Under the pieces are notes generated by a model that worked only from the letters and a program-made list of their open reading frames with translations, made no database searches and was not told where the DNA came from. Positions 22,768 through 34,000 of a DNA stretch of 64,000 nucleotides are shown piece by piece. Every line of letters starts with the position of its first letter. Positions within the stretch are counted from its first letter, which is position 1. Made by a program: the position numbers and the translations under genes. This DNA is from Minutocellus sp. GHC0000111 (lineage: Eukaryota). The DNA is taken from NCBI GenBank assembly GCA_977018835.1, contig OZ361261.1:558001-622000 (forward strand), written 5' to 3'.

Positions 22768-24216
22768 TTACGATAAGTGCTGAGCCACGTCGCTCACCGG
22801 TACAACCTTGGTGTCGATGCGCTGATATTCATATTTTTCACCTTCGGGCAATAGGAATCTAAAGAAAACAGTCCCCATTGGCCTTCCCTCCGTGTAGAGC
22901 CACTTGCCCTCGTAGTTTTCCGGCTTCTTCTTTGAGAGTACAATTACAAAGGGTTTGTACTCCTCGCCATCATCAGGTGTGTCCAATGTATGAAAGACTG
23001 GGTGTGTGTCGTAAGCAGAGTAGTCAAAAGTTTGCAGGAATCTATTCCAAAGCACAACGTTGCCGAATCGACACCGCGGCACAGCTCCCTTGAGGATCAA
23101 TGCCTCGTCATCTTCCAGACGGAAACGTCCAGCTGCATATGCGATATCCACAGCTCCCATGCCTTCTTCTCCTCTCTTCCACTTTTGGGGAGTGCCAATC
23201 TTGTTCGGCAATAATGCAAAGAACGGTGGTGCTGTCGTCGGGTCTGGCTGGGGCATGAGAATCGTGTGTCGTCTGATAAAGTCATTGGCAAGCTCCAAAC
23301 GATAAGCAATGAGCTCATCCGAAACTGGTTCTGGCACGTTCTCTTCTTTTGGCGCAATGGCAGGTCGGATGGACAAATCAACAATTTGACTAATTGCTCC
23401 CGGTGGCCATGTATTGAAGTAATGTCTCGTCACGAGGGAGCTAGCATCATTGGGCGTTTCCAGCCAGGTTGCGCCATTCAGGACGCCTTTGCCAGGATTG
23501 GTTGCAGACAAATACAGCTTGAAGCATCCCTTTTCGTCGAATGCAATGCTCTCATCATTGATATCAGTTACAACCCTCTCGAAAGCCCCACTGCTTAAGC
23601 CACTGCCGTCACCAGGTGTATGTACCGAGAAGCTAAAGTAGACGGTTGATCCTCTGCAACCCTCGACGATGAATTCCTTCGGAGTAGACCGTTGACTATC
23701 GGGCCCATCATGCGACCGGAGCGAGGCAATGTGGTACTGGGCGTCGGGGTTGTCTCCGATCAGCTTCAAGGTGGGCGAGACCAACCTCACAAATCTCGGT
23801 GCATCCTCCAAATACACGTCCAATGCCAGCTTGGTAACGTGGCTCACATATTTCAACCCTTCCGCTATCTCGTCCGCCGCAAACTTTTCCGGGCCGAGTC
23901 CAAAGCCCCAGCTGGGCGAGAGGTACATGCGCTCGGCCTCCGTCATGGTCTTGACCAGTCTCCTCCATGCCTCTCGGGATGATGTGGTCGGAACACCGAG
24001 CAACTTGGCAAGGAACGTGGTTTTGATGGCATCGGCCATCGCTTCCGTCCCTGCCGACCCGCCGCCGGCCATGGCTGCACCGATTCGGAGGCGCTCGAGA
24101 CCTGGGCTGTCATTTTCCAGTACCAGCAGCCTATCAATTATCGCTGGCAGGCGCTGCGTGATAATGCCAATGACGATGGCCACAATGGCAATGAGAAAGG
24201 TAATGATGGAGCGCAT
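22768..24216 (-). CDS. Rv3531c/DUF1214-like protein with N-terminal signal anchor
   Basis: Anchor MRSIITFLIAIVAIVIGII. Motifs AEGLKYVSH, KLIGDNPDAQY, VEGCRGSTVYFSFSV, LVTRHYF, YAAGRFRLEDDEALI, WNRFLQTFDY and WLYTEGRPMGTVFFRFL are typical of the bacterial family. Intronless. Confidence 0.8.
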   Translation of the reverse strand: MRSIITFLIAIVAIVIGIITQRLPAIIDRLLVLENDSPGLERLRIGAAMAGGGSAGTEAMADAIKTTFLAKLLGVPTTSSREAWRRLVKTMTEAERMYLSPSWGFGLGPEKFAADEIAEGLKYVSHVTKLALDVYLEDAPRFVRLVSPTLKLIGDNPDAQYHIASLRSHDGPDSQRSTPKEFIVEGCRGSTVYFSFSVHTPGDGSGLSSGAFERVVTDINDESIAFDEKGCFKLYLSATNPGKGVLNGATWLETPNDASSLVTRHYFNTWPPGAISQIVDLSIRPAIAPKEENVPEPVSDELIAYRLELANDFIRRHTILMPQPDPTTAPPFFALLPNKIGTPQKWKRGEEGMGAVDIAYAAGRFRLEDDEALILKGAVPRCRFGNVVLWNRFLQTFDYSAYDTHPVFHTLDTPDDGEEYKPFVIVLSKKKPENYEGKWLYTEGRPMGTVFFRFLLPEGEKYEYQRIDTKVVPVSDVAQHLS

Positions 24217-24492
24217 CGTCAGTATCGGCGACAGCGCAGGATCGGCGGTTTCTCGGTGCAACTCTCCCTCTCTCATGCCTTTGATCTGCCTCGTGAGGCA
24301 GATCGAGAGCGGCGAGCGGCGAGAGCAATCGCAGCAACGCAAGTGATGATGGCCTGGGGCGAGAGCCTTATCGCTATCGACGCGTCATGTCGAAACTGGC
24401 CGTCGCGTCGGTCGATCGCGTCGCGTTGCGATGCATGGCTGTTGCACACGTGCCTAGGCACTAGCTAGCCTACGTAGGACCTAGCTAGAGTG

Positions 24493-25860
24493 CGAGGTCG
24501 CGGACAGCAGTTTCAGGGACCCGGTTTTCGGGTCTTTGGGCAAAATCTCAAAAATCAGCACAAACGCACGCAGCAAGCAGCATTTATTTGCTGTCGTCCA
24601 GTCTTCAAGATGGCGGTGACGGCAGTGCCGACGGCATCCGCTTCACGCAAGGGACAAGCGTGGTGTCTCCACCAGAACGGGTTGGTCCTTGACCTTGGAC
24701 CGACTCGGAGACATCGATTTCATCTTCTTCCCATGCCAGCGTCTGGCCGATTCACCCCATCCATCTCGCCCCTCCCGACTTCTGCCAGTTTTTCCGATGA
24801 CAACCGGTCACCTCCTCCCCACCTCCCGACCCCACAACCACCTCTCCCAAATGCATTGATTCAAGCAGCCACATGGTTTGAGCTCCGATGTCGGTCTCCA
24901 TGGTCCCCACAATGGGCGCATCTCATGCGGTCCGGGTGACCCCGCGCCAAAATCGAGCGGGCCAAAAAAATCATCACCCGCCCGGCGCGCCCGCCACTCA
25001 ATGAAGCCTTCCTCATTTCCAACAACCCACCCGACACACAAACTAACTGTTGCTCTGCTGCCACAAAGTGCTGCATCCAACACCATGTTAATGCAAATGG
25101 CTGTCACTACTGCTGCCACCGCAGCTGATGCGCCAGCATGTCGCCGCTCCCGTCGGTCCGGCAGCTCCATCCCATGCTTTGATTGTTTTGTCCATCGGAG
25201 CGGCACCATCGATGCCTCTACGATTCGTCGTGGCAAGTCTCCTGGGATGATCCAGACCACAGCGAACCGGGCATGGGCGGGCCTCTCACTTCAGAAACAG
25301 CAGGACATCATGGAGCAAGCCCGAGAGGAGGAGCTGTGCTGTCCGAGCCAGACCGGTCCTGATCCGGGGCACAAGATGTGCAGACTTCTCAAATTCAAAT
25401 TGCTCGGCGGCGCAATTCGTCATCATCATCCAATGACGCCGATGCCAGCCCTGAGCCGACGGTCGAGGACAATGCTGGTATCGCTGCTCGTCCTGGTGAT
25501 GACAATGTCGAAGCTGGGGGCATCGCCGAGTCCATGGTGGTGGATGGAAGCGGCAACAGTGAAGAATCTGGCAATCCTGCCGCCAGCGTCGGTGTTTCTG
25601 CTGCCGGCACCGCCAACTCTGGTGGATCGACCGAGGAGAATTTGGATGTGCTGCTGGTTGAGGCCGAAGCGCAATACAAAGCTGCAGAGGAGGCTTTGAA
25701 AGGGCTAAGGGATACCTTGAAACGAGAAATGCGGAAGGATGAAAAGGCCATGGCCGATGCCGAGAAGAAAAGGAACAAAATGAAGGATGCGCAAACCGCC
25801 GTGTCGGAAAGTCCAAAGACCCAAAAAACCGGGTCCCCGAAATTGCTGTCCCGGACCTCG
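24493..25860. mobile_element. Non-autonomous TIR DNA transposon (Tc1/mariner-like ends), 1,368 bp
   Basis: About 47-bp imperfect inverted repeats: 24493-24539 (CGAGGTCGCGGACAGCAGTTTCAGGGACCCGGTTTTCGGGTCTTTGG) and 25813-25860. The right end is flanked by TA and the left by TG. No DDE transposase was recognised inside. Confidence 0.75.
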
Positions 25861-25967
25861 TAGCGATGGCGCGATGATGCGATGCGATACGAGGGTGCTT
25901 CTACTACGTAGAAATTTTTCTAGTACTCGATTGGCTGATGATGAGTCAGTGTCCCCCACTGGGCAAA

Positions 25968-26926
25968 ATGAGAATAATGTTTGCAATCCATGCTCTCTTC
26001 GTAGCTGCTGCCCAACAACGACAACGGCCAAACCCTTTTCTTCTCATGCTGATCACAGGGCCTCTTTTGCGGGAGCCGCAGGGGGCGCCAATGCCAATTC
26101 TGCCGATGCAATTCTCACATATCTCGAGATCAATGGGTGGCTATTATTGACGGGAGGTGCCACCATCCTCATTGATCCCATCCTAGAAGGTGCTCTCGAT
26201 TTTGGAATTCCAACCATTTACAGTGCCAGCAAGCGGGAACTGCCATCTGAGGGACTAAGTGATGAGCTGCCTACAATTGATTGTCTCCTCATAACGCAGG
26301 GGTTGGATGACCACGCACATACTCGAACTCTGAAGAAGTTGGCAAACATATTGGATAGTGATGTACATGTCATTGCTCCTCCATCGGCTCGTGGTGCCTT
26401 GGAACAAAGTGGTTTCGTAGGCGCTAGAAATAAGAACATCCAGTACATCAAGCCAGGAAGTCAAGTCAAATTTGACAACGACGGCGAAGTAACAATCAAG
26501 GCAACGACAGGAGCACTCGTAGGGCCACCTTGGCAGGCGAGGGAAAACGGATACATTATTCGAACCACGTCTGGTCCATCGATCTACATTGAGCCGCACG
26601 TGGAGTACAATGTGAAGGAACTTCGGAATGAGGCACCAGTCGACATTGTCAAAACACCAATATCTGGACAGGGATTGCCAGCGTTTGAGCTCGTCCATGG
26701 ACCGAGCGATGTTTTGCGACTGGTGCAGACTCTCAAACCCAAATATGTTGTGCCCATGCAAAATGGTGATGTCGATGCCGAGGGATGAGCCTCGTCTCTG
26801 GTGCAAAGTGTTGGCTCACCAGAGGAGTTTCGGGCCATGCTCAACAAAGCTCAACGACCAGATGAGCGCCAAGTTGAAGTTATAAATACGATTCCAGGGG
26901 AAGAGATTGTTTTGAACATTTTGTAA
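25968..26926 (+). CDS. Metallo-beta-lactamase-fold hydrolase (plant/cyanobacterial type); apparent frameshift near 26010 and in-frame TGA at 26786
   Basis: Motifs LTYLEINGWLL, ILIDPILEG, LLITQGLDDHAH, GALVGPPWQARENGY and IYIEPH. The signal-like MRIMFAIHALFVAAA is one base out of frame. The frame continues 46 codons past the TGA to a TAA ending at 26926. Confidence 0.82.
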
Positions 26927-27014
26927 AGTGAATATTATCATTACAAGGCAGTACTTTCTTTTATCAATAAATATCCTAAGCGCGTGTAGTACTAGTAAGT
27001 GCATGCCATGCTTT

Positions 27015-28656
27015 CTACAGCTCATCATGGCCCTCAACTTCTGGTCCTACGCTCTTCCACCAATTGAATAGATCCTCACCACTAGTGGCAGTGAAAAGAG
27101 AGGGGGACAGATACTGACCAATGTTGCTATCATCGCACTTGGCGGCACCAACTCCAACATCATTGATCGATCCCTCGAGTCTGCATTCCCCGACGTCAAT
27201 CAAAGGCTCGGGAGTTCCCTCTGGGTTGGGCTTGTCGAACCATTTAGGGTCGCCAACGGGACGGTAGTGGGTGAAGAGATTGACATAGTAGGAGCCCTCT
27301 CCTTTGAGAGGTCTGTTTCGTGCATGGAGGCATTTGGCACTTTCGTAATAGACAATATCACCTGCGAACAAACAAATGAGAAAAAACGAGTAAGAAGATG
27401 AGAAGCCTGGTCGATATTATTTGTGCGTGTTGAAAAGAAAAAGAGAATTGCGTCGGAATGCAATGCTGTTACTTACCGGGCTGCATCGTCACATCATGGA
27501 GCCGATCGGCGTGATCGTGCACTTCCACTGGCCACGGCTCCGTTAGATTTTCCTGGAAGATATTGACAATTTGACTAAAGGCGTGCGTTGACTCTCTGTC
27601 GACATGGGTCAAAAGTCTCGCCCCTTCCTCGTAACGACGAAGGCCGTACATGTCAGTCTGCTCCAGCTCAACGCCGACCCATTCTTGCACGAGGTCCAAG
27701 AGTCTCTTCTGCCAAACACCCTTGAGTTTCCAGGGAATCTGCACAAAATACACGTCGACCTCCCACCAATTGACAAAAACTCCTTTGCCGGACCACTCCT
27801 CACGAACCATATTGTTGCGATTGTTGTAGTAAAAGGCACCCATGCTTGAGAACACATCATCGGGCAGTCGTCCCTTTTTGAATCCAAGTGGACTGCAAGT
27901 TCGGTCCACTCGATCGTGACGCTTCCACTCATTATGCAAGGTCTGCTCAATCTCTTTCTCAAAGTCGCGGTCCAATCCGGTATAGTCTGGACTATTTCCA
28001 ATGCCCTTCACAAGGGTATGTTTGATGGTTTCGTCCAGCAAGACTTCGCCGGTCTCTCCTTCCTTGAAAAGAAAGCGATGGCCCAAGAACGAATCGATGC
28101 ACTTGGTGTTGCGTTCGCCGTATCGAAGTTCGCCGTGGTCGTGCTCTACACCCTGTGGGTCAACCCAGAACATTTTCACGGGGGTTTGAGAGTGATAATT
28201 CATGAAGCACACCTCCACCTTGCGGCAACTCTGGCTGAACCAATCACCAAATTGACCGAAGGAGAAGTGACGATAGGGCACTGCGGCGGATACCAAGGGC
28301 TGATCAACTCCCATCTCGACGCAGATTGCCTTGCAGTCATTGGCGGACTTTGGTTTGTCCATTGCTGAGTCCTGCAGGCCGCCCTCGGGGAAATATTCCG
28401 CCTTGGCGTCACCAGATACGGGATGGAGCTTGTACAGCTCAAAGGATTCGGGCATACCCGCAGCTTCTGCTTCCAGGATCTCAGCACACTCTTCGGTATA
28501 CACCAGCATGTGAGAAGCCAAGTGATTGTTCTCGTCGTATTCAAACTCAGAGGTGGAGGACATGACGCCATCGTTCGATGCAACGGCGAGAGCGGGGAGC
28601 GACAAGGCTGCTACCGCCGCTGCAAAGGTACCGGCGCAACAAATGCGAGCTCTCAT
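27015..28656 (-). CDS. ER-luminal 2OG-Fe(II) oxygenase-like protein (prolyl-hydroxylase-like fold), exons 28656-27477 and 27361-27015
   Basis: Signal peptide; YGLRRY..GARLLTHVDR (HxD); GDIVYYESAKCLHARNRP (distal His and Arg); C-terminal HDEL. GT-AG intron at 27476-27362. Confidence 0.85.
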
Positions 28657-28881
28657 TGTGGATGTGCTGATCGGCCGTTTGAAATATCAATAATATTCTG
28701 CGCGCAGGATGGCGGATATTCCAGTTATCGCAAAACACACACGTACACACTGTATCCTTTTTTGCCAATAATGAAAGCAACGGTTACGGTTGCTTGGCAG
28801 GGTTCGGGTTACGGTTGCGGTTCGGGGCATTTATTTGTACTTGTTTATGACTAGAGTTTATATATTTTAATAACTCCCTAT

Positions 28882-28992
28882 AGGAACGACCACACCAAGG
28901 TGACAGCACCGCATCCCGTTCGCTCTGCGAAGTTAAGCACCTTCGGGCTCAGTTAGTACTACGACCACGTTGGAATCCTGAGTGTTGTTCTT
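28882..28992 (+). rRNA. 5S rRNA, solitary copy with about a 7-nt deletion (possibly a pseudogene)
   Basis: Helix I AGGAACGAC/GTTGTTCTT; conserved CCGCATCCCGTTCGCTCTGCGAAGTTAAGC and GTTAGTACTACG...ACCACG. Oligo-T follows immediately, and an AT-rich TATA-like stretch lies about 25 nt upstream. 111 nt versus about 118-120 expected. Confidence 0.9.
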
Positions 28993-29434
28993 TTGCTCTT
29001 TTGGTCCTTCAGAACTTTGTTTGAATTATTTTTTTGCCTTTTATTGGGTACCTGCGACTTCTTTGCTGCAGACTGTGTGTGGAGTGTGGACTCCATGCGT
29101 GCCGCGCTCTCATCCATTTTTTGTGAGCAGATAGGCCCAAGTAGATCTAGATCTATACACCGGAAGTCGGTACATGTAGGTGCCTACATGTAGATCTACC
29201 AGTAGATCTACCCACAGGCACAGTGATGTCCGCTGCTCGAAGAGACCATGTAGAGAAAAGCGCGCCATCGGCCGTCATCAGTCATGCGGCAATCAGATTA
29301 CGAGTACGAGTACGAAAGGCGGTAGATGGAGGCGGGCGGATGACGCCGATCGAAGCATTTATCCGAGCGTCCCAACGAACTCTCTTCTCCCAGCAGTGTT
29401 GCACAGCAGAGGAGGAAAGATACTAGTATATCAA

Positions 29435-30625
29435 ATGAACATTCGGAGCAGCGACAATTCACATCCGGGAGTAGTGATGATGTGGCAGGGTGACGAGATT
29501 CACCGTAACGGAGAGGAGTCGAATAGTTCTCTCTCGGCTGGCCAACTTACAAGTATGGCCAGCCGGAGGTCATCAATGGGGAACCATAATGGAAGAGGAC
29601 GTGGAGAGAGCGGAAGGATTGGCTCTCTCATTGCCTCCACCTTTTCAAAGATTCAAGATTCTTTGCGAGACGAGACGGCGGCGGTGGCTACAAGTAACAA
29701 TGAGAGGCAGGTCGACGACAATAACAACTTCATGGGTCAGAAGTGGAAGGAAGCGAAGGACGACAATCACGAGAGGGGGCGGCGTGAAAGGCTCACGGCT
29801 CGAAGCATGTCGGTGTCGCATGCGTCCACTGTGGTTGTTGCAAAGGCGGACGAATGGGCTTCTCCTCCTCATCATCTTCATCAAAGTGATCAAGAGATGC
29901 AGCACCAGGATGGCGGTCAGCAGTTCGTGCATAAGAGTTACAGCCATGCCGTCCTTCGGGAGTCTAGTAGATCCCAGCGACGACGCCGGTCGACGATGCA
30001 GCACATAACATTGCCATCTATCGAAGCTCCTGATGGCATGGAAGGGCAAGAGTATGAGGTTGACACCGCCGGAGGTCCCAGAGATGCTGGTTCCAGTACA
30101 TGTAGCACTGCTAGTTGGAAGGCCAGGGGTTTGCATCGCCGCTCGAGTTCGGGCGGTGTGGACAAGTGGCACAGGAACAACAGCATGAACCTTAAAAATT
30201 TGAAGTCGGTCAGTCACGATGAAATCGAGGTGGATGCATTTGGATCGTACACGTATCACAATAGTAGCTTGACTTCGTCTGCCTCTCCCAATGCATGTGC
30301 CAGGAGGGGCTGGGGCATGTCGGGAGGAGGTGGTGGATTGAGTGGCGGTGCTGCTAGCGGTGCTAGAAGTAGTAGTAATAGTTTGCGACGCTCAGGCTCA
30401 TTTGGTGACATGACTCAAGAACTTTCAAGACGCTGGGAAGCTACACAAAACAGCCTCGACGATGAGATTCATCAGAGTAGTCATGCATCAGAGAACGACG
30501 CCGATGGCCTGCTCCTGCGAGGGGGGCTCGAGCTTGGGAAAATGAATCCGGGAGAAAGTAAACAGCACCATCAACCTCGACGAGGAAAGAGGCCCACTGC
30601 TACCAGAAGAAATTCCATGTTTTAA
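29435..30625 (+). CDS. Low-complexity Ser/Gly/Arg-rich hypothetical protein
   Basis: Long open frame (396 aa from MNIRSS) with many RRxS motifs. No domain recognised. Confidence 0.65.
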   Translation: MNIRSSDNSHPGVVMMWQGDEIHRNGEESNSSLSAGQLTSMASRRSSMGNHNGRGRGESGRIGSLIASTFSKIQDSLRDETAAVATSNNERQVDDNNNFMGQKWKEAKDDNHERGRRERLTARSMSVSHASTVVVAKADEWASPPHHLHQSDQEMQHQDGGQQFVHKSYSHAVLRESSRSQRRRRSTMQHITLPSIEAPDGMEGQEYEVDTAGGPRDAGSSTCSTASWKARGLHRRSSSGGVDKWHRNNSMNLKNLKSVSHDEIEVDAFGSYTYHNSSLTSSASPNACARRGWGMSGGGGGLSGGAASGARSSSNSLRRSGSFGDMTQELSRRWEATQNSLDDEIHQSSHASENDADGLLLRGGLELGKMNPGESKQHHQPRRGKRPTATRRNSMF

Positions 30626-30670
30626 TTTTGTGCAAGCATGTTGCAGGGTGGTACCGGTAGACTACGCTTA

Positions 30671-30764
30671 ATAAGTTACCGAGACTTATCGGGTATTGAG
30701 CTGAGTTACTGGGCGCTGAGGGTGCGCAACTCAGCTCATTATCCGATAAGTCTGGGTGACTTAT
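30671..30764. repeat. 94-bp hairpin (37-bp arms), MITE-like or hairpin RNA
   Basis: 30671-30707 matches the reverse complement of 30728-30764 at 33 of 37 positions. Confidence 0.85.
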
Positions 30765-31065
30765 GTGTTACAGTAAGAGCAATCACGTGAAGAAAGACGA
30801 ACGAACACATGAATTGTTACTCTTCCACTTTCTTCTATTGCCTACACGAGTAGCTAGCTCTCTAGATTCTAGAAGAGAGCATTTTTACCGAGCGATGCAG
30901 TCACCTTGGGCGAGCTACGTAGCCGGCTACATGTAGTCAATCCTGGTGTACCGACGTAGAGCTAGTTTTGCCCTTTTTTCTTTTGCGTTATCAAAAATGC
31001 CGGCCGGGCCGCGGCGCAAAAATTTGCTGGAAGTATCTTCCTCCTTGTCAGTATTGTTATGAAGG

Positions 31066-34000
31066 ATGGCTTTGTCCCAGGTCTTGCTCCCGCTGTTGCC
31101 ACTGCTGCTGGCCGTGGCAAACCATGTGAGTGCGAGAATATCCACTTCGAGCGCTACTGGTAACAGTGGCGGCGGCATCTTGGCGAAGGCTGCGAAAGCT
31201 TCGTCGGCGAGAACTCTCCAACTGCAAGGAGGTGCCTTTACATCACGAGTCTATCAGTGCCCGGAATCATTCGATTCTCCTCCTGTCACAATTCAAGCTG
31301 AGGAGATCATAGACGACAAAAATGGCGATGGGGTCCATGCTCGCATATCTTTGTTGCTGTCTGAGCCGGGCCGCCTCTGTACTCTTGTGCGCGTCACGCA
31401 TTCCTCGACAGAAAGTGTCGGAAAACTCAGCAACGATTTGAGCGGTGCCAAGGTAGCACTTGCTCCAGTCGGTCGCAGTTACGATGGACGCGCATGGGAA
31501 CGAGTCGCTGGTCCCTATCCTCGTCTCCAATACCAATGCCTTTATGCGTCGAATGAAGGGGATAGCTGTCAGGTCACTCTGCCTTTGCTAGAGGAATCCG
31601 ATCGTCAAGAATATGTACTCCTCACTTACGATCACGAGCTCAGCGATCGCAATACTGTGGCAAGATTCTTATCTCAGACTACATTTGGAACACGTAAAGA
31701 GGATTTGGATTCCTGGAACTATCCCTCGCCGAATGATAAGTATGCTGATGGAAACCTGCAAATGACGTTTGCCAAATGGATCTACGAGCAAATGCACAAT
31801 GTTCCTTCTACATCTCATCGTGAATTTTTCCGCAAGAGGCTAAACTCTCGTTTCGACATGGCCCGTTCCATCGGCATGCCCAATCATCCGTGCGAGCAGT
31901 TTAGCAGGTGGCGCAACTTTGCCTTCATAGAACGAGACTATGGTCGAAGTGTTGAGATTCGGCATGTGGCAAGTACAGATAAAGCCTATGCAATATACAT
32001 TGAGGGGAGCTTTCGAACTCTTGCTCTTGGATCCACTGCGGAAGCTCTTGCGTCTTTCCTCCATGCTATCTTTACAGATGATGTCAGAGGTGAAGATGAT
32101 ACCTTTGTTGTCATTAGTGCAAGCAATGGAGCCTTTGACGCCAGTAGTATGATGGCGATCCAAGCCACAGCCAACGCAGGCGAAGGAGATATCAAAGACT
32201 ATGTCTTGACTCTGTGTGATGTTCCAAGCCCCATTATTGGAGGCGAGATTTACTTTCAAGCTGTGTCTGGATCCCCTAATTGTCTCAAGTTTGGCGAAGG
32301 TAATATTCCAATCATTGTGGATACTTCCATCTACAGAGACCCATCTACAATTACTGCTGACCTTCCACCTCTAGACACCGTCGGCACCATGAAGAAAACA
32401 AATGAGGGAGAGTGGATGGTTGAAGAGGCTCTACATCAAGACTCTTGCAAAGATATCAATTTGAATCACCTGGCTGTCAATCATCCCATTTTTGGGGTAC
32501 TGCCTGGTGATGCCGGATACTTAGCACATGATCCTCGCGTACGTCTATTGGATAATAGCCTCGAAAGCCCAATCCCAGACGGCGGTGGCAGTCTCGTCGC
32601 ATCTGGCGGTTCTCACAATGGGCACGGTGCTTTATGTTCTAATGTTCCGAGGACTTTCATCAACGAGAAATTTTGTCAATTGTCAACCGTTGAAAGTACT
32701 TGTACGAATCAAGATATGGGCGGCCCAGCATTCACCCTCCGCTTGGACGAAGAAACTGTTGCTAGACTCTCTGCTTACTCAAAGAGATATGTCTATCTGA
32801 TAAATGGTCTCCGAGTTGAACAGGGGGATACTCTCGTAAGTGTGTTCCGGTCGATGGACTATTGCCTTCTCTTTGCGATTGCCTTGTCAATACAATGCAG
32901 TTTGAATTTATTCTCAATACTTCGTTTTCCCGTGCATAATCTTCTCTCCCTGCAGCCTCCTTATAAACCTGGAGTGAAATCACGATGGATGCGCGTAGAG
33001 AAACCCTTTGGTGAGCTCTGTGGTGGCGATGATAATCTTGATCTACAAACTCAGCAAGTTCTGGGCACTCTCTTTGACGAGTCCAAGGATATCAAGTCCC
33101 CTCACATCAAGGACATTCCATTTCCCGAAGGAAGCAAGGATAGATGTGCAGAGCAAGACGAGAACAAAATTGGCTTCGAAGTACTAAATCGAGATGGCCT
33201 TTCTTGCTGGCGACATGTTCACAAGGACCACATGAATGTTTATGACTTCGAATATTGGACTGGGGCGAGTGAGTATTTTTAATAGTGTGCATTGCATAAA
33301 TTCATTACGAGTACATTTTGTTGTGATTTGATACTGGCCATAATTTTGTGCACTCTAGGAATTCCTGATCACTTCCTTCACACTATCTCTCCCCTCAATT
33401 GATCCACAGTGCATGCTGGCAACGTTGCCCGAGAAAAGAGAGGAGAGCCAAACCCTATCAAATCGGCGTTCGAGTGAGTGAGGCTTTAAGGAATCTATAT
33501 TTGAATTAAAAAACATACATGTCATGTATGTTGAGATATTCGAATGAATCAAATCTTATCATTCATTTGGCGCGCGCCCGCAACCTGACCTGCTGTTGCC
33601 CAATGTTTTCTTTTGCTACTTAGCATCTACGGTTATGCAAATCTTACTTATCCCTGGCATCATCCGATGAATCGTTGGAATGAGTTTAAGAATGGCTTTG
33701 AATTTATTGGCCGCGTATTGGATGAAATTGATTTTCGAGAGCTTCCCGAATTGCTTCGCAGTGAAGCCGTTACCAAGGGCTTCGGTTTGGGTGGGGAGGA
33801 GGATAAAAATACAGTCAAGAATATTCTTTTATGTGGAAGCGAAGGAGAGGTAGCGAATGACCCTACTATAGTTGGGGCCAGCTTCATTCCAGCCATTGGT
33901 GACAAAGTGGACGCTGAATTTTCAAACAAGATATTTTATCAACAGAGAGCGTCGGCGTGGACGACGATAGTTTTGTCGGCCTCCGATCAACTTCGTCAGC

